A stretch of DNA of 58,593 nt, counting the filler, from Dimargaris cristalligena (lineage: Eukaryota): NCBI GenBank assembly GCA_003614675.1. It is 2 parts of 2 records of this genome, joined end to end, with 100 filler letters (N's around TTAATTAATTAA, not from the genome) between each part and the next. Parts side by side here need not be neighbours in the genome. Positions count along the whole stretch, not along the records: positions 1 to 29,247 come from ML002486.1; 1 more part is not named here. The stretch is one strand, 5' to 3'. The position numbers and the translations under genes were made by a program. Below, in pieces: positions 11,078 through 23,772 of the stretch. Under the pieces are notes generated by a model that did no database searches, had not been told where the DNA came from, and saw only the letters and a list, made by a program, of their open reading frames with translations. Each line of letters begins with the position of its first letter. The first letter of the stretch is position 1.

Positions 11078-13714
11078 ATGTCTGAGTCCCTTCCGAAGCC
11101 CCTTCTCGTCCGCCGTAGCTGCGACGCCTGTCTCAAGCGCAAAGTACGCTGCGACAGTGGTCGGCCCTGCCAGCGTTGTCAGTCTCGTCAGGAGGAGTGT
11201 CACTATGGGACCATTACCCGACGCCCGCCTCGCAACACCCAGCGCCGTAAACGGACGGAGTTGGCCCAACTCCGCCAGCACCAGCAGGGGAGTGAGGGTG
11301 GTCTGGTTGCTATTACCACCACCACCTTGCCCCCCGCGGTGGGAGGCCTGGTAGTCACCACTGCCACTTTGCGGTCGGTCGCTGCTCCGTTTACGGTGGG
11401 CTCCTCTTCTTTGGCGGAGGAAGCGACGGTCCTACCCCTCTCCGCAGAGTCGTGGGTCAGCTACGACTCGTCAAATTACCACCAGTACCAGCCGCCACTT
11501 CCCTGTACCACAGCCCTCCCCCCTGCCACCACCACGGCGACACTCCCGCTTTCCACTGGGCCTGGCCGGTCGCCCCATATCCCTCGGCACGGGTCGCCCC
11601 AACCTCAGGAGATTACCCGGATTCTGGCCACCCTGAACCAGTACTTCCCCCATCCCGCGGACCAACCCCCTTTAGTCGACCCCGCGTGGACCGGTCCACT
11701 GGCGGGCTGTATGCCGACTCCCCTCTCACCCTCCGTCACGGCTGAATACGGTACCTTGCAGAAACTCAGCGTCTTCTTCGAGGGCCTTAGTCTAGAGAGC
11801 CATACGCTATGCCAGGAACGGGTCCTAGTGGAGGCGTTGCACCGCCTCATGTATTTGCTTAATCAGTATGCCCCCGACCATATCACATCCGTGCTGGACC
11901 TGGGCGCCGACCCCCTAGGTATCCCCTCTACTACGGAGAATGCCCCCAGCAGTGCCGTGGGGGCACCTGAAAAGGGCTCCGGCCCCTTCCTCAGGGCCAT
12001 CCCTCTTTTGGAACAGCGTCCGGCCTTGCTCGAGAACCTCATGTCGGACATCACCCACAACCCGCTCCAACACCAACTCCTGTACCTATTGACCCAGCGA
12101 CCTAAACTGCGCGGCCTACCCTGGGAGCTTCGTTCAACCGAGCAGGATCTGTACCACCCCGAAGTAATCATCCCCCTCTGTGCCCTCTATACGGCCATCT
12201 GCTACGGCCCTCAGTCCACTTTCATGTTCAACCGTTTCCTGGCCCGCCTGCGTCAGAACCGGGTGCCCGCCCTCCTCCTCAACGCGATGCTGGCCGTGGC
12301 GTCGCCCTTCTCCAGCACCGCTGCCAACCTCGAAACCCCCCGTCACCAGGCCGGTCGCTACTACGCCCAGCGCACCAAGTACTTGATTCTGACCAGCCAC
12401 TACATCTCACCCGAGGCCATTACGAATTTCTGTATAGGCAGTTTGGTGTTTTTCAACGCCCGGGAAATGCTGGTGATTAGCGAGATTTTGGGTATGACCA
12501 TGCGAAAAGTCATCGAGGCTGGCTATCACCAAATCGATTTGGATACCCGGCGGCCGAGTGGTTCACCGGAATTCTCCGACCCTACGCCACTGGTGGACCA
12601 TCCGCCCCACCTCTCCCATCCCCCAGCACTATCCTCACCGTCGTCGTCATCCCTGGCGTCCTCTTCCCCCTCCAATCTTGTTCGATACGGGGGAAACTCG
12701 CCCCTATCCATATCGTCATCATCATCGTCATCAGTATCCCCGGTTTTATTTTTGGCCTCGGGCTCGTCATCTACGGAGCACCCTTCTAATTCCCGGACCC
12801 TGGCCCTCCGGAGCGACATTAAATATCTGGCTCGTAACATCATCCGACAGATCTTCTGGGTGGTGTATTGCGGCCAGACCATGTCTAATCTCGCGCTGGG
12901 CCTCAACCCCGGCATCGACGCGGATATCATTTGCACTCTCCCCCCGGACGAGGATTTCTTGACGAGTGTCTTGCGCAGCGATGGGACGGACCCTTGCCCG
13001 TGCATGCCGTTCGCCCATTTTGACTACCCCTTCGGTATACCATCGGCCATCCAGCTCTACCGACTCATGAATACGTTAAACGAATACCGGGCCGGCCAAC
13101 GCGTAGGCCGGGTGGTGACCCAAGCCCGGCACGAGGACCTTGATCACCAGTTCCGGCAGTGGGAGAAGACGCTGCCCCCTGAATGCACCTTGGCCTACAT
13201 TCAACTGGCCTTCCCGGGGTCTCCACCGTCCCTCCCGGCCAATCCCCCCCAGTGGGTGCGTCACTTGCTGTCCCTCCACTGTAACTATTATATGCTCCGG
13301 ATTTGCCTCAACACCCCTAGTCCCTACGCCACGCCGGACTGCTTCAATCCGTTTACCCGTCCCGATACGCACCCCGCCAACTGGCACACCGCCGAACAAA
13401 TGTCCCGCAACATCCTCCCTGTCCTAGACGTGATTGATTTTAAGTACGTCCCCATTAGTATGTACGCTTACCTGTACGGACCTGCCCATATCTACCTCTA
13501 CGATTTACTGCACGGCCCGGCCCAGCGCAAGGCCTACGCCCGCTACCGGGTCCAAGACTACATGAACCGGTTGAAGATCTGTGCCGACTACTTCCAGGTG
13601 GCCGAGGTGATGTTTAAGAATTTTCAGGCGGCTTTTGATGCGGCGCTCAAGGCCATTGGGGCGGATTCCGCCGGTAGTGCGACGCTAGCTGCAGTGGATC
13701 CCTTCAACCTGTGA
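11078..13714 (+). CDS. Zn(II)2Cys6 (GAL4-like) fungal transcription factor, 878 aa, possibly with an extra 5' exon at 10828-10890
   Basis: N-terminal CDACLKRKVRCDSGRPCQRCQSRQEEC has the six-Cys binuclear cluster spacing. The downstream segments LLNAMLAVAS, GYHQIDL and RQIFWVVY resemble the fungal TF middle homology region. Confidence 0.9.
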   Translation: MSESLPKPLLVRRSCDACLKRKVRCDSGRPCQRCQSRQEECHYGTITRRPPRNTQRRKRTELAQLRQHQQGSEGGLVAITTTTLPPAVGGLVVTTATLRSVAAPFTVGSSSLAEEATVLPLSAESWVSYDSSNYHQYQPPLPCTTALPPATTTATLPLSTGPGRSPHIPRHGSPQPQEITRILATLNQYFPHPADQPPLVDPAWTGPLAGCMPTPLSPSVTAEYGTLQKLSVFFEGLSLESHTLCQERVLVEALHRLMYLLNQYAPDHITSVLDLGADPLGIPSTTENAPSSAVGAPEKGSGPFLRAIPLLEQRPALLENLMSDITHNPLQHQLLYLLTQRPKLRGLPWELRSTEQDLYHPEVIIPLCALYTAICYGPQSTFMFNRFLARLRQNRVPALLLNAMLAVASPFSSTAANLETPRHQAGRYYAQRTKYLILTSHYISPEAITNFCIGSLVFFNAREMLVISEILGMTMRKVIEAGYHQIDLDTRRPSGSPEFSDPTPLVDHPPHLSHPPALSSPSSSSLASSSPSNLVRYGGNSPLSISSSSSSSVSPVLFLASGSSSTEHPSNSRTLALRSDIKYLARNIIRQIFWVVYCGQTMSNLALGLNPGIDADIICTLPPDEDFLTSVLRSDGTDPCPCMPFAHFDYPFGIPSAIQLYRLMNTLNEYRAGQRVGRVVTQARHEDLDHQFRQWEKTLPPECTLAYIQLAFPGSPPSLPANPPQWVRHLLSLHCNYYMLRICLNTPSPYATPDCFNPFTRPDTHPANWHTAEQMSRNILPVLDVIDFKYVPISMYAYLYGPAHIYLYDLLHGPAQRKAYARYRVQDYMNRLKICADYFQVAEVMFKNFQAAFDAALKAIGADSAGSATLAAVDPFNL

Positions 13715-15201
13715 GGCGGGATTATTGCTTAGCCCCTTTCCCTCACAATATTACAACTTGACCTCTTTATGGTATTCAAAATACCCATGCTTTCTTTTTT
13801 TTGTTATTGGCTCAATACTATTGACCGGTTCCCCTTTGGAAGTGCAAACTCGCGTATATGTGTGTGTGTGTAATGGGCGGGGGTGCTTCCGTTGTGCTGT
13901 AACCGGGCGTTCATAATACGGGGTTTTTTTTTCATTTTAAAGGGAAGGGTGAACAATGTGCGACTGTACTTTTATTTCTACTGTTATTATTATTTTGCTC
14001 TAATTAATAATGGCACATTTCCCTTGCCCAAGAGTTTTCCTAGTTCGATTCGGGTTGATTTCCGGTATGATTTTTAGTACGATTTTATTGTTTTACTTTA
14101 CAATAGACCACCTCTTTGCTTCGGATAGATTTTTAGGATACTGCTGGGTTTATATTAGAGGACCGCGTCTCCTGCGATATTGTCTTATCGAAGCCGCTCC
14201 CTTGTGATGTATTGGCACGTATACCCTTTAGACACACGGACCCGTCTCTTAACGGATGGGATCCAAAATTCCTCGGGTCAACACTCCGGAACTGTGAAAC
14301 CGCCGACAAACCCTATGTTTAGAATGGGAAGATGGGGGGGGGTATAGTGTCTACGTCATCCATAAAAGTACTAACTAGTCACCCAACATCAACCTGAAAT
14401 AGATACTGGTGTTGGCGGAGAATGGCTGGGTTTCAGTTCGGTCCGGGCAACCGCCAACCCCCCTTGGAAGATACACATCATTTTAACCTATGGGGTGAAA
14501 TTGATAGTGAACGTGTGTTTTGGGCCGAGGTTTAAAGTAGATTAGTACTTGGATTGTGAGTGTGGCTGTGGTGTTTATATTATTCTAAGGTAAAGCTAGG
14601 AAAGGCCCCAGCACTCCGAATATTCCCTCCAGCCCGTGACGGCGCCAGTACATATGCGAAAAGGAAAGGAGGGAGAGAGGGGGATTATTACTACCAGCCG
14701 CAACCCCACACCACCCACTGGCTGGTATATAAGTGTTTAGTATGTCATTAATCGATGGACATCTTACTGGTCCAATCAAATCGAATCAACCACCAGTCAA
14801 AACAGATAAATTTTCCCCCTACTCTATCAGATGGGGTGCCGTAGTCGATAATCATTGAGGGGTGGTTCCGGGATTAGCCTATTAAAGAAGGGCCGGGGTC
14901 CGATCGGCTCCGATTTTAATTTATATTTATAATACACCAATCATAATGGTCCGTTTCGGATTGGGGCGGCAATAGCAGCGACACTTCTCCCCAATTAAAA
15001 CTATCCACCGGAAACAAACGACGCGAACCCCACACTGCGTTGCCGCCACCCTCTGCAAATGCACCGCCGGTCGCTGTGGGACAGTACACACACATTTGAC
15101 TCACGCGGCCCCACGGCTATCTGATATATACCATGGGGCTATGGAATGGCCAATAACAGTCGTAGGTAATTTTCGAGTTTTATAAAGCTGTACCGTGGTG
15201 C

Positions 15202-15221
15202 TATATATATATATATATATA
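15202..15221. repeat. (TA)n microsatellite
   Basis: About 10 TA units upstream of AOX. Confidence 0.9.
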
Positions 15222-15453
15222 AAGAGGATATATAATAGTCTTATAACAAAAAAACACAGCCGCGATTGGCTCTAACATCCCCCACTTAACCAGTTCCGGG
15301 CAATAAAGTCGGACTTGCCTTGCCCAACATTCCGCCAGGCCATTGTTATCTAATGGCCGTCGTTGAAGTACTTGTCAGGTGCAGACAAATAGCCGAAGGG
15401 GTGCGTTATTATGACCATATTCCCTGTTTATAAGCAGCAAATACAATGAATGG

Positions 15454-15476
15454 CCGGGCCAACCCGGAAGCCCCCG
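15454..15476. promoter_or_regulatory. Cluster of CGG-N7-CGG direct repeats (alternative-oxidase-induction-motif-like zinc-cluster sites)
   Basis: CCG at 15454, 15464 and 15474 (CGG-N7-CGG-N7-CGG on the minus strand) plus CGG at 15455 and 15465 on the plus strand, about 170-190 bp upstream of TATAAAA. Confidence 0.55.
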
Positions 15477-15643
15477 ACCAAAGAATGGAGGGGAATCCCA
15501 GTTCCACTGGCGGGATAGGGGGTAAGGAGTGCCACCGCCGCAGCCACGGTAGCGGCCCCAATTGCCCAGTCCGGGAATAAAGAGGCTTTCCCCATATGAC
15601 AAGCCCACTGCTTCGTCATCATATCCTCCATCTGATATAGGAG

Positions 15644-15650
15644 TATAAAA
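15644..15650 (+). promoter_or_regulatory. Putative TATA box of AOX
   Basis: TATAAAA followed by a pyrimidine-rich leader, 170 bp before the ATG. Confidence 0.5.
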
Positions 15651-15819
15651 CTGCCTGTACTTTCGGCCGGCTATACCTACCCATCATTCCTCGGACTTAC
15701 CCTCTCGTATGAACTGAACCAACCATTCTTTCTGATTTCCGCCCGTTCCTAATTTATCTATTTAAAATATTACCGCCCTTCTCTAGTAGAATTATCGTCT
15801 ACCTACCTCTTTCTATATC

Positions 15820-16923
15820 ATGTCCATGTCGGCGTTTCCTCTTACCCGCTCCCTGCTTGTTTCACGGACCGCACCCGCCCTCGTGTGGGCCCCTGCTTGT
15901 TTACTATCACAGGCCGGAATTCGCAACGGTAACCTGTTAAGCCGCCGCCCCATTAGTTTCTTTAGCGGCAGCGAAGTGCAGGCCAATACCCCGGCCAACG
16001 AGCCCCCCTCCCTGCTGCTCCACCGCCAGCGGCTCCAGAAGGCCGCCGAACAAGTCGCCCCGGGCGTCCACATGCCCCCAGAGCTGCACCACGCCTACAC
16101 CCCCCAGCCCATCCGCGACGAGTTCAAAACCGACGCCCCATTGACCACGGCCGACCTGGAGCAGCTCGAAATCTACCCCACTGCGCACCGTGAGCCCGCC
16201 GACTGGACCGACCGACTGGCGCTGACCACCGTCAAAATCCTGCGCAAGCCCACTGACTGGTTCTTCAAGAAGAAGTACGTCCACCGCGCGGTGATGCTGG
16301 AAACAGTGGCCGCCGTTCCGGGCATGGTCGGGGCCATGTTGCGGCATTTGCGGAGTTTGCGCGGACTCAAACACGACGGCGGCTGGATCGGCCACTTATT
16401 GCATGAGGCCGAAAACGAGCGTATGCATCTCATGACCTGGATGCGCATCTGTAACCCTAACTGGTTCGACCGCACCCTGGTGCTGGCCGTCCAGGGCGGG
16501 TTTTTCAACCTCTTCTTCGCGTTATACTTAATCACCCCCCGGGTGGCCCACCGCGTCGTGGGCTACTTGGAGGAGGAGGCCATCCTGTCGTACACGGCCT
16601 TTTTGAATGAAATCGACGCGGGCCGTATCGAGAATGTCGCGGCCCCCGAAATTGCCGTCCAGTACTGGAATCTGGACCCGGCTACCGCAACCTTGCGTGA
16701 CGTGGTGCTGGCCGTCCGGGCCGATGAGGCTTTGCACCGCGATACTAACCACCATTTCGCCGACCGTATCCACACTCACAATGAGGACCTGCACCAGGAC
16801 CTGCATTCGGCTGACTGGAAGCAGGCGAATGCCGGGAAATTGACTCCTACTTCCAAGCCCCGAACCACCCCGACCGCCGCGGAGGACTTCCCCAAGTCGG
16901 CCGGGACAGCCGGTTCGCATTAA
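15820..16923 (+). CDS. AOX: Mitochondrial alternative oxidase (ubiquinol oxidase), intronless, 367 aa
   Basis: All di-iron motifs are present ([35 protein letters not shown]), preceded by an Arg/Ser-rich presequence lacking acidic residues. Confidence 0.97.
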   Translation: MSMSAFPLTRSLLVSRTAPALVWAPACLLSQAGIRNGNLLSRRPISFFSGSEVQANTPANEPPSLLLHRQRLQKAAEQVAPGVHMPPELHHAYTPQPIRDEFKTDAPLTTADLEQLEIYPTAHREPADWTDRLALTTVKILRKPTDWFFKKKYVHRAVMLETVAAVPGMVGAMLRHLRSLRGLKHDGGWIGHLLHEAENERMHLMTWMRICNPNWFDRTLVLAVQGGFFNLFFALYLITPRVAHRVVGYLEEEAILSYTAFLNEIDAGRIENVAAPEIAVQYWNLDPATATLRDVVLAVRADEALHRDTNHHFADRIHTHNEDLHQDLHSADWKQANAGKLTPTSKPRTTPTAAEDFPKSAGTAGSH

Positions 16924-19900
16924 GAGGGAGAATGCTGTCATGGCTAAGTAATCGTGGTTTTCCCTTTGGTGGTGTGGTTGATTGAAGTGCGGTGGATCTT
17001 AGACTTATTGTTTTCATATGACGTCTCTGTGTTGCCCTATGTGTCCAAATGAGTAGCCGTTGCCCAGTGACATGGGTATTTGGCTGCTTGGGGCTTGCCC
17101 GGTGTGTTACCCACGTAAGCGATGGACTATGGTCACGGGATCAAATTGAAAAAGTCCTCTTACACTCCTACTCCCCTTTTAATCAGCTCCTCCCTTTTTT
17201 TTATATATCTGCTACTATCTGGTGTTAAATTCCCTTTACTACTGGCCCGCTGCCTTAGTTATGCTTGGGCCAGGTTGACGACGTCATTGAACCCTGGAGT
17301 GGAGAATAGAAACAGTCAACTAAACTATCCATGCAGGCCGGATTGTGCGCACAGTCCCCTGCTTTTATCATTTTACCTCTTTCCTGGGGTGGTTAAATGA
17401 ACGTCCCTTATTGCATCTATTCTTCTAGGCTTAGCCCAAACTTAGGAATTCCTTGCCAATGTAATATTATTTATAAAAACTAGAATAACAATCACCGCCC
17501 ATTCCCTGAAACAATAGCTATTTGGATGGATTGCTACCGAATGCCTTGCTAAATTGGATCGCGGCTCCCCAGTATATACCCATCATTTATGCGGTAGAGT
17601 GCCAGTAGATGTGCTGATGTTCAGATTATTATTTTTTGGATTGAGTCATCCATATCGGTGAGCGCTGGCTAACCACATTGGGTGGGGGGTCTAAAGCGCA
17701 CCGGCCAATGTTTATGATGTAAAGTGCAACCCTGTTTATTAGAAGATGCGGGTCGCCAACCACAATGGAAGATCCATAGTCGATTATATCGCAAATCGCA
17801 GGCGGTATAGGTTTAGGGGACCCATACAGTCGATGAAGAATGTCTGGTTTGAATCGATTCCACGACATCATAACAATTCCATGACGATATCCCAAACTGC
17901 TACATAAGGTCAATGGCGCGCCCTGGGCCCCTCAATACTAAATCATTAGATCTAACAAGGTCGTGGACGACTAACATTTGGTTACATCGACTATATCCTT
18001 GCCCTTTCACATTATTATTGAATATTTGGCCTGTTTAAATACATGGTCGAGTGGCCTTAGGCCTTTTTCGGACCATCCCGACCCTCCACTGTATGGTATC
18101 TTGTATAAAGGAAGTCAGGTGACGTATAGGATTCATGATAGGTGGCCTTTGAATCCATCCCCTATATTCGAAAATGCACGTTCTAACCCAACGCTGGCAT
18201 AACTCCATTTGCTACCCTCTTTGGCTGTCTTATTATTATCCCAAAAAGGCCGAGTGAATAGGAGGACCCCGCCAATAGTCAAAGTACGGTGAGTTTAAAG
18301 CATCTTTATGACGACCCAGATTGGGTAAGTTACGTTGGGTTTGTACCTTAAGGTCGAATGTGACTCAAATGGGGATTATGGATATGGGTTTATTACATGA
18401 AATGAACTAAGCTGGGGACGTTTCAGTATACTCAAAAAGATCCCCACATCCGGCAATGGGCCGCCAGTGATTCCGAGATAGCGACAACATTCAGGTGGCC
18501 TGATTCCCTCGGCATTATCTTTGACGCCGGAGGGGCACAGCACTACTTTGGGTCATGCCGCCCACCGCCCAATAACCCGGCCGGCGGTATTCGAGGAAAT
18601 CGTATCACCATTGTCCTTGCGTGATTACATTTCTCCGATTAAAACAGGGATCCCAAGGCCATCTCATGCAAAGGAGGGCGACAGGAACATAAGGAATCTA
18701 GTCCGGGCGGCATATTGGGCCTGATTAGGCAACCCTTTTAGTCGGCGCCACAACACAAAGAGGAATAGGGTTACCACTCCTGGGCCCCGTGATGGTACCG
18801 CGTTTCATTGCCGTATTACCGGTGTATTCCATTCCTGACTTCAGCGATTTTGCTTTCCGTATAATGTAAATACATTATAGTGCTCCCTATGGTAGGGTTC
18901 CCAATTGGCCTGCTTAGTATAGCAATATAATGGGCCATATCCCTTTAAAGGATGTTTCTTCTCCACCGACCCCAGTGAATTTGGTTGTTGACTTTATTTC
19001 GACTTACCCTATATTCCATGTGATGTTCCTGAGGCATGCCGATTGGCCGAAGCGCTTGGCGTGTATAACCATATAGACCCCCCATGAAGAGGAAAAAGGC
19101 CAGGTGAAAGTCGCCATAAAATAAAATTTCAGCCAAATTACCATAATGCGAATATATTATCCGCGCTTAGACAGTTGACGGGCGTTAGAGATTTACCTTC
19201 GATTACCAGATAAGTGCCAAAAATCACCCAATCCTGCCGCCAATCCTAAGTCCCAGCATTGTATCGCTCAATCGGTTTTATAGAAGGTGCAATTAAACGT
19301 AAAACAAGGAATTCGCTTTACGAGAGAAATTAGCGAGGTCCCCAATTAATGTGAAGGGTGGAAGGTTGACTTAAGCCACCAACCCAGACAATGGAAGAGA
19401 AGGGAGCGATGTCGGTTCAAGGGATACATCGACACTGGCACCAACGCTTACCTGCGACTGGAATTCCCATCAAGCGGTGCACATGCTTTCTGTCAACACC
19501 GCCCGTCCGCCGGCTAACCAGTTCCACCGAGGTCCCCCCCTCCCTACACTGCCCCGGTTATCTTCCCCGTCCCTTTCCCTTTCCATCCGTTCCGTCAACC
19601 AGGCTTGGTGTGGGGATGGTCAGCATTGCCTTCCCCCTTCTGCCCTCCTTTCCCTCCCCTCACGTCGTACCGACCCGTTGGGTACGACGCGAAACGGACC
19701 ATCTTGATCATCGATTGGCCTAGTGAGTCATGGGCGATAACCACTTTTCGTTACACTAGATCAGACCGTCGGCAACGGCCGTAGGTCGACGGGTCCTATA
19801 AGGCCAAACCCAATGAATGTTTCATCCCTCAGCAACGGCCTTCATTGGCTTCTAGTATATTGTTCGTGGGCCCGCATGGTCCCGACGACCGGCAGTGGTT

Positions 19901-22900
19901 GGTGCTTAGTCCCTTCCCGTTCTCCGCAGTTGTTAGCCATTTTATGGATCCTCAGTCCACCAAACCACAGTACACGCGGTGGGGAGGGTCCAATGGCTCC
20001 ATGTCAATTGGCGGAATGAACAGGGTTTCATTTGTCCAATTTGGCGGAATAGTGGTGGATGCTGAAAACGGAGAGTAGTGTGCCTTGAACTTCTCACATG
20101 ACACCCGTTTTCAGCCGTAATTATACATCCTCCATTCATTCGTCCGTGGGGGTAGTGCGTTAAATACGCATTGCCTTTTTATTATACCCAACTTATAGTT
20201 TGATTGGCGGTGCCCAAGTGGTAGAAATTGGTGGAGTAACCATGTAAAATTGACTGGGGAACCACTGTTGAAATACAGGGTGGGTATACCGAAGGAAAAC
20301 GGCCAAACCGCACCAATCCCGGCTTTTGCTAAAAATAGGCGGCGAAAAATCGCGGGTTTTGGGTCGATTTTAATCCAGCAAAATGTCTTAATCGATCTCT
20401 AATGCCCTTATCACCGCCCTACTCTGTCTCTAGTCTACCCCAATCTTATTGATGACCTCCTTATAGTTGCGTATCAAAGATATTTTGTTCGCTCACATTC
20501 GACCCCCCCCCAAATTACGCACAGCCGCTGATTAGAGAGTCAAGTTAGTAGAATCGAAATAAACAGGGTGGTTAGCCGGCGGTTGAAGACGGACCACTGT
20601 CTTGTGTAACTCCAATAGGGATGACAAAAGATAATCATTTATCCAGTCAATGTGCACCAATCTTGGGTTACACCATGTCTACAGAACAATACCCTAAACT
20701 GCACCTCCTCCTCTCTCCTCCCCCACCTTGATTCTTGATATTACTAACCCCGTAATCCAAACGTGAAGGGAAAGGAAATATTGGGGCAATAGTGGATTTA
20801 CAGGGTCCAAGGCTTCACAGACTGCGAGCAGTCCATCGATCAAAGTGACGCCACCCAGTGGCTATCGATGGAGCATCGCTAAACCGACTGGGTAGCTAAT
20901 TCCTAAATGAAAACCGGGTGTTTAAGGGGCGCATAACGTAATCCCACGGACATAAAACCGCCCCTTACCGATGCGACTGCCCCTTTATTGACAGTGGGAG
21001 CCGACAATGCGGACCCTTGGTCGTTTGGGCAATGCCATCGTCATTTCGACTCACTGGGATTGGGGCCTAGGGATAGGTGCATTGTAGGCATTTTACGGGG
21101 TCCTAACCTTACCCAATCCAGTGGTCATGGAGCGATAACGGGACTTCCCATGTCGAATGTGGCTATGGCTAAAAAAAAACAGTAATTCAGGAATCCACGG
21201 ATGCCAATATTGGCCGGAAATTCTGACGTCTTGCGGGTTCCGTTTTTAGATTCGTGTGGCGACATCCCTATTCGATTCGTGAGAATGGTTTTATCACGGC
21301 CAATATTCCTAACTCGCCTGTAGATGGAATTTGATATCGGGCTGGACTGATGGATCGTGGTAGGGAAACCTGAATCGCGAATATTTTGATGGCGAATCCC
21401 TGCATCCAATGCTCCGATCTAATCTGGGCTTCCTGCAAACAATCGGCAGGGATCATGCAGCTTTGTTTATCCGGACCGGCGGATGCTTATCAGTAAAGCA
21501 ATACTCGGTAGAACTGGGGAATCCCCGAATCAACGAAGGATTCACGATCTAATGTTCCCATACCCCAGTCCCGATAAGCTGACAAATTAGAGTATCCGGC
21601 GAAACTTGGGCCATTTTACTCCAGACGCACGCCATTGTTTTCCACGGAACAAGTGGTTCCCAAATGCACGGAAAGTAACAATAGATTACCGGCAGGAACC
21701 CATACCTCATACCTACTGGTTTATGCATTCCAATAGGCTAGATGCTGTGTTTTTGACACCTTATTCCTGATGTTGGAATGGATTGGAGAATCAGTCGAAT
21801 CGGGCTAATTCGGCCCCAATGCCCTATACCACCCCCCCCCCCTAAGCTAATGGGCCTCAGGGGTCTCGACTCAGTACTGGGATGGGCGAGAATGGCATCG
21901 TGCCCCAACCCATTTAGCTGCAGCTGGCTTCGTCAGACTCCATTATTCCCTAGATATAGCCCTGGGGTGGGTGACAAGAAAATGGGGGCCATTCAGCGGC
22001 TGCTCCTCCGGCACCGACTGGCGGATGGGATTGGGCGTCGAGAGCTAGAACGGGGGAACGAAGGGAGGGGTAAGAGGAAAAGGGCATCGACACAGTCACT
22101 AGCGCAGAGTATGACCCTCAGACATTGGTTGTCCCACCCAAATACGCAATCTAAGTGGGCCAAGTCCTTGCACATAAGGGTGACAATACCATGGGATTTG
22201 ACATGTATTTATTGTAAGGGCACCCGTTGATTAGTACGTAGACATCGCCACTTGGTCGTTTATTTTAAATTAGAGATATCTGTGTAATAATTGATATTAC
22301 ATCTTGCTTTTTTTTTGATATTAGTTGGCACGGGCGGGGTCAGCCGGTCACTTTCGGTAACCCACTTATTTTGTACCCCTATTAGTCATATAGCCCTATT
22401 CCGTCCGGTCGACTTAGTTCCGTGGCTGCGCGATTAAACCAATGCCTACCGCAAGCAGCATGCTTTAATTTTAGGGTTTACCCTATATACATCTGGCGGT
22501 AATATAGGCTGGCAGAGGGGGGGGGGTTAAAGAGGTGGCATCTCTGTAGATGCACAGATGTTGACTATCGCCAATCGCTCAACCAACCCAATATATTATA
22601 GTATAACCGAAACGCCGGATCACGGAAGGCTAGCTCCACTGTAAAAAAATAGCAATAGGGTTACTATTGAAAGCAGAATCTTTTCGGTAGTATAAGTGAT
22701 AATGTCCTAAAGTGGCAATACCCAAAGAAAAAAATCAAGGGGGCGGTAAGAAATTGGAGCGGTGCGGCGAGAGAAAAATATAAGAAGGGTGGGGTGAGGG
22801 AAAGGTCGGGTGGAGCATTGTGTAAGTGTACCACCACCATAGGTGACCACTCCGTTGGCTCGTTCACCAGCAGCAACTCAAACCTGGCTGTACTCTCCCA

Positions 22901-23772
22901 TCTTCCTCCACCTACTTGAAATCCCCCTTGATCCTACCCCCGTCCCATGGAGCCCTACACCTAACAACCTTCTGCGGGCCGAGTAAATAAAGGGGTGGCC
23001 CAGGATCATATAAATAGGGCCCCTTCATCCCCCTCAGTGAATTCCATCCCTATACAACTTCCCAGTGCCCGACTAGCCTGTACGGACACCAACCCTTCCC
23101 ACAGCCCGCCCCTATCTTTCCTTGCTATATCTTTGGCACCCACAGTGTCACTTTATCTTTACTATCGCTTCCTTCCCTTTCCCTCCCCCCTGCTTAATCG
23201 CACTGGCCCATAATCTGGTTTAAATCAACCGGAACCACCAGCTCTGTTGTGATTTCTAGCCGAGATTTACCATCGCCTTGATTGTTTTGAGGCAATTCTA
23301 CGATCAGATTCATTTATTATCCCGCCCCTGGCCTCCCCGCACCTTTCTTCCTGGTCCTAGCGTCATTGGATGAAATTCCCCGATTCGTAGGCATTTGCTC
23401 CCTTGAAGACCCTTTTGTATTTTATTAGTCCAGTTGTTTTTTTACATTCCGTTTATCTACCCTGCACCCATTAGATTTTTTCTGCCTTAGCATCGTATAT
23501 TACACTATAGCTTCTACTTCTGTTTTATGTACGATTACTGCTTCCTCTTTATCTCAACCACTTTCATCGTCATCGGTTAAAAGCTCCTATTATCCTATAC
23601 GCTTGTTCAGCAATCATTATTTGAACACATCTCCAAGACACTCGTATTTCGCCATATCTATATAATCTCCGGCATTAGCCGCCCTTTTTTCTACAACCAT
23701 CTCCCCTCCCTTCTATTACTTCTCGTTTGATATTGGCCTACTCCGACTCTCTTGATTCAATCAGTCTCAAAA

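Noticed and set aside
17000-23000. Scattered ORFs between AOX and the transporter as a hidden gene or transposon
   Set aside because: No transposase/RT/integrase motifs, terminal repeats or convincing exons seen by eye.
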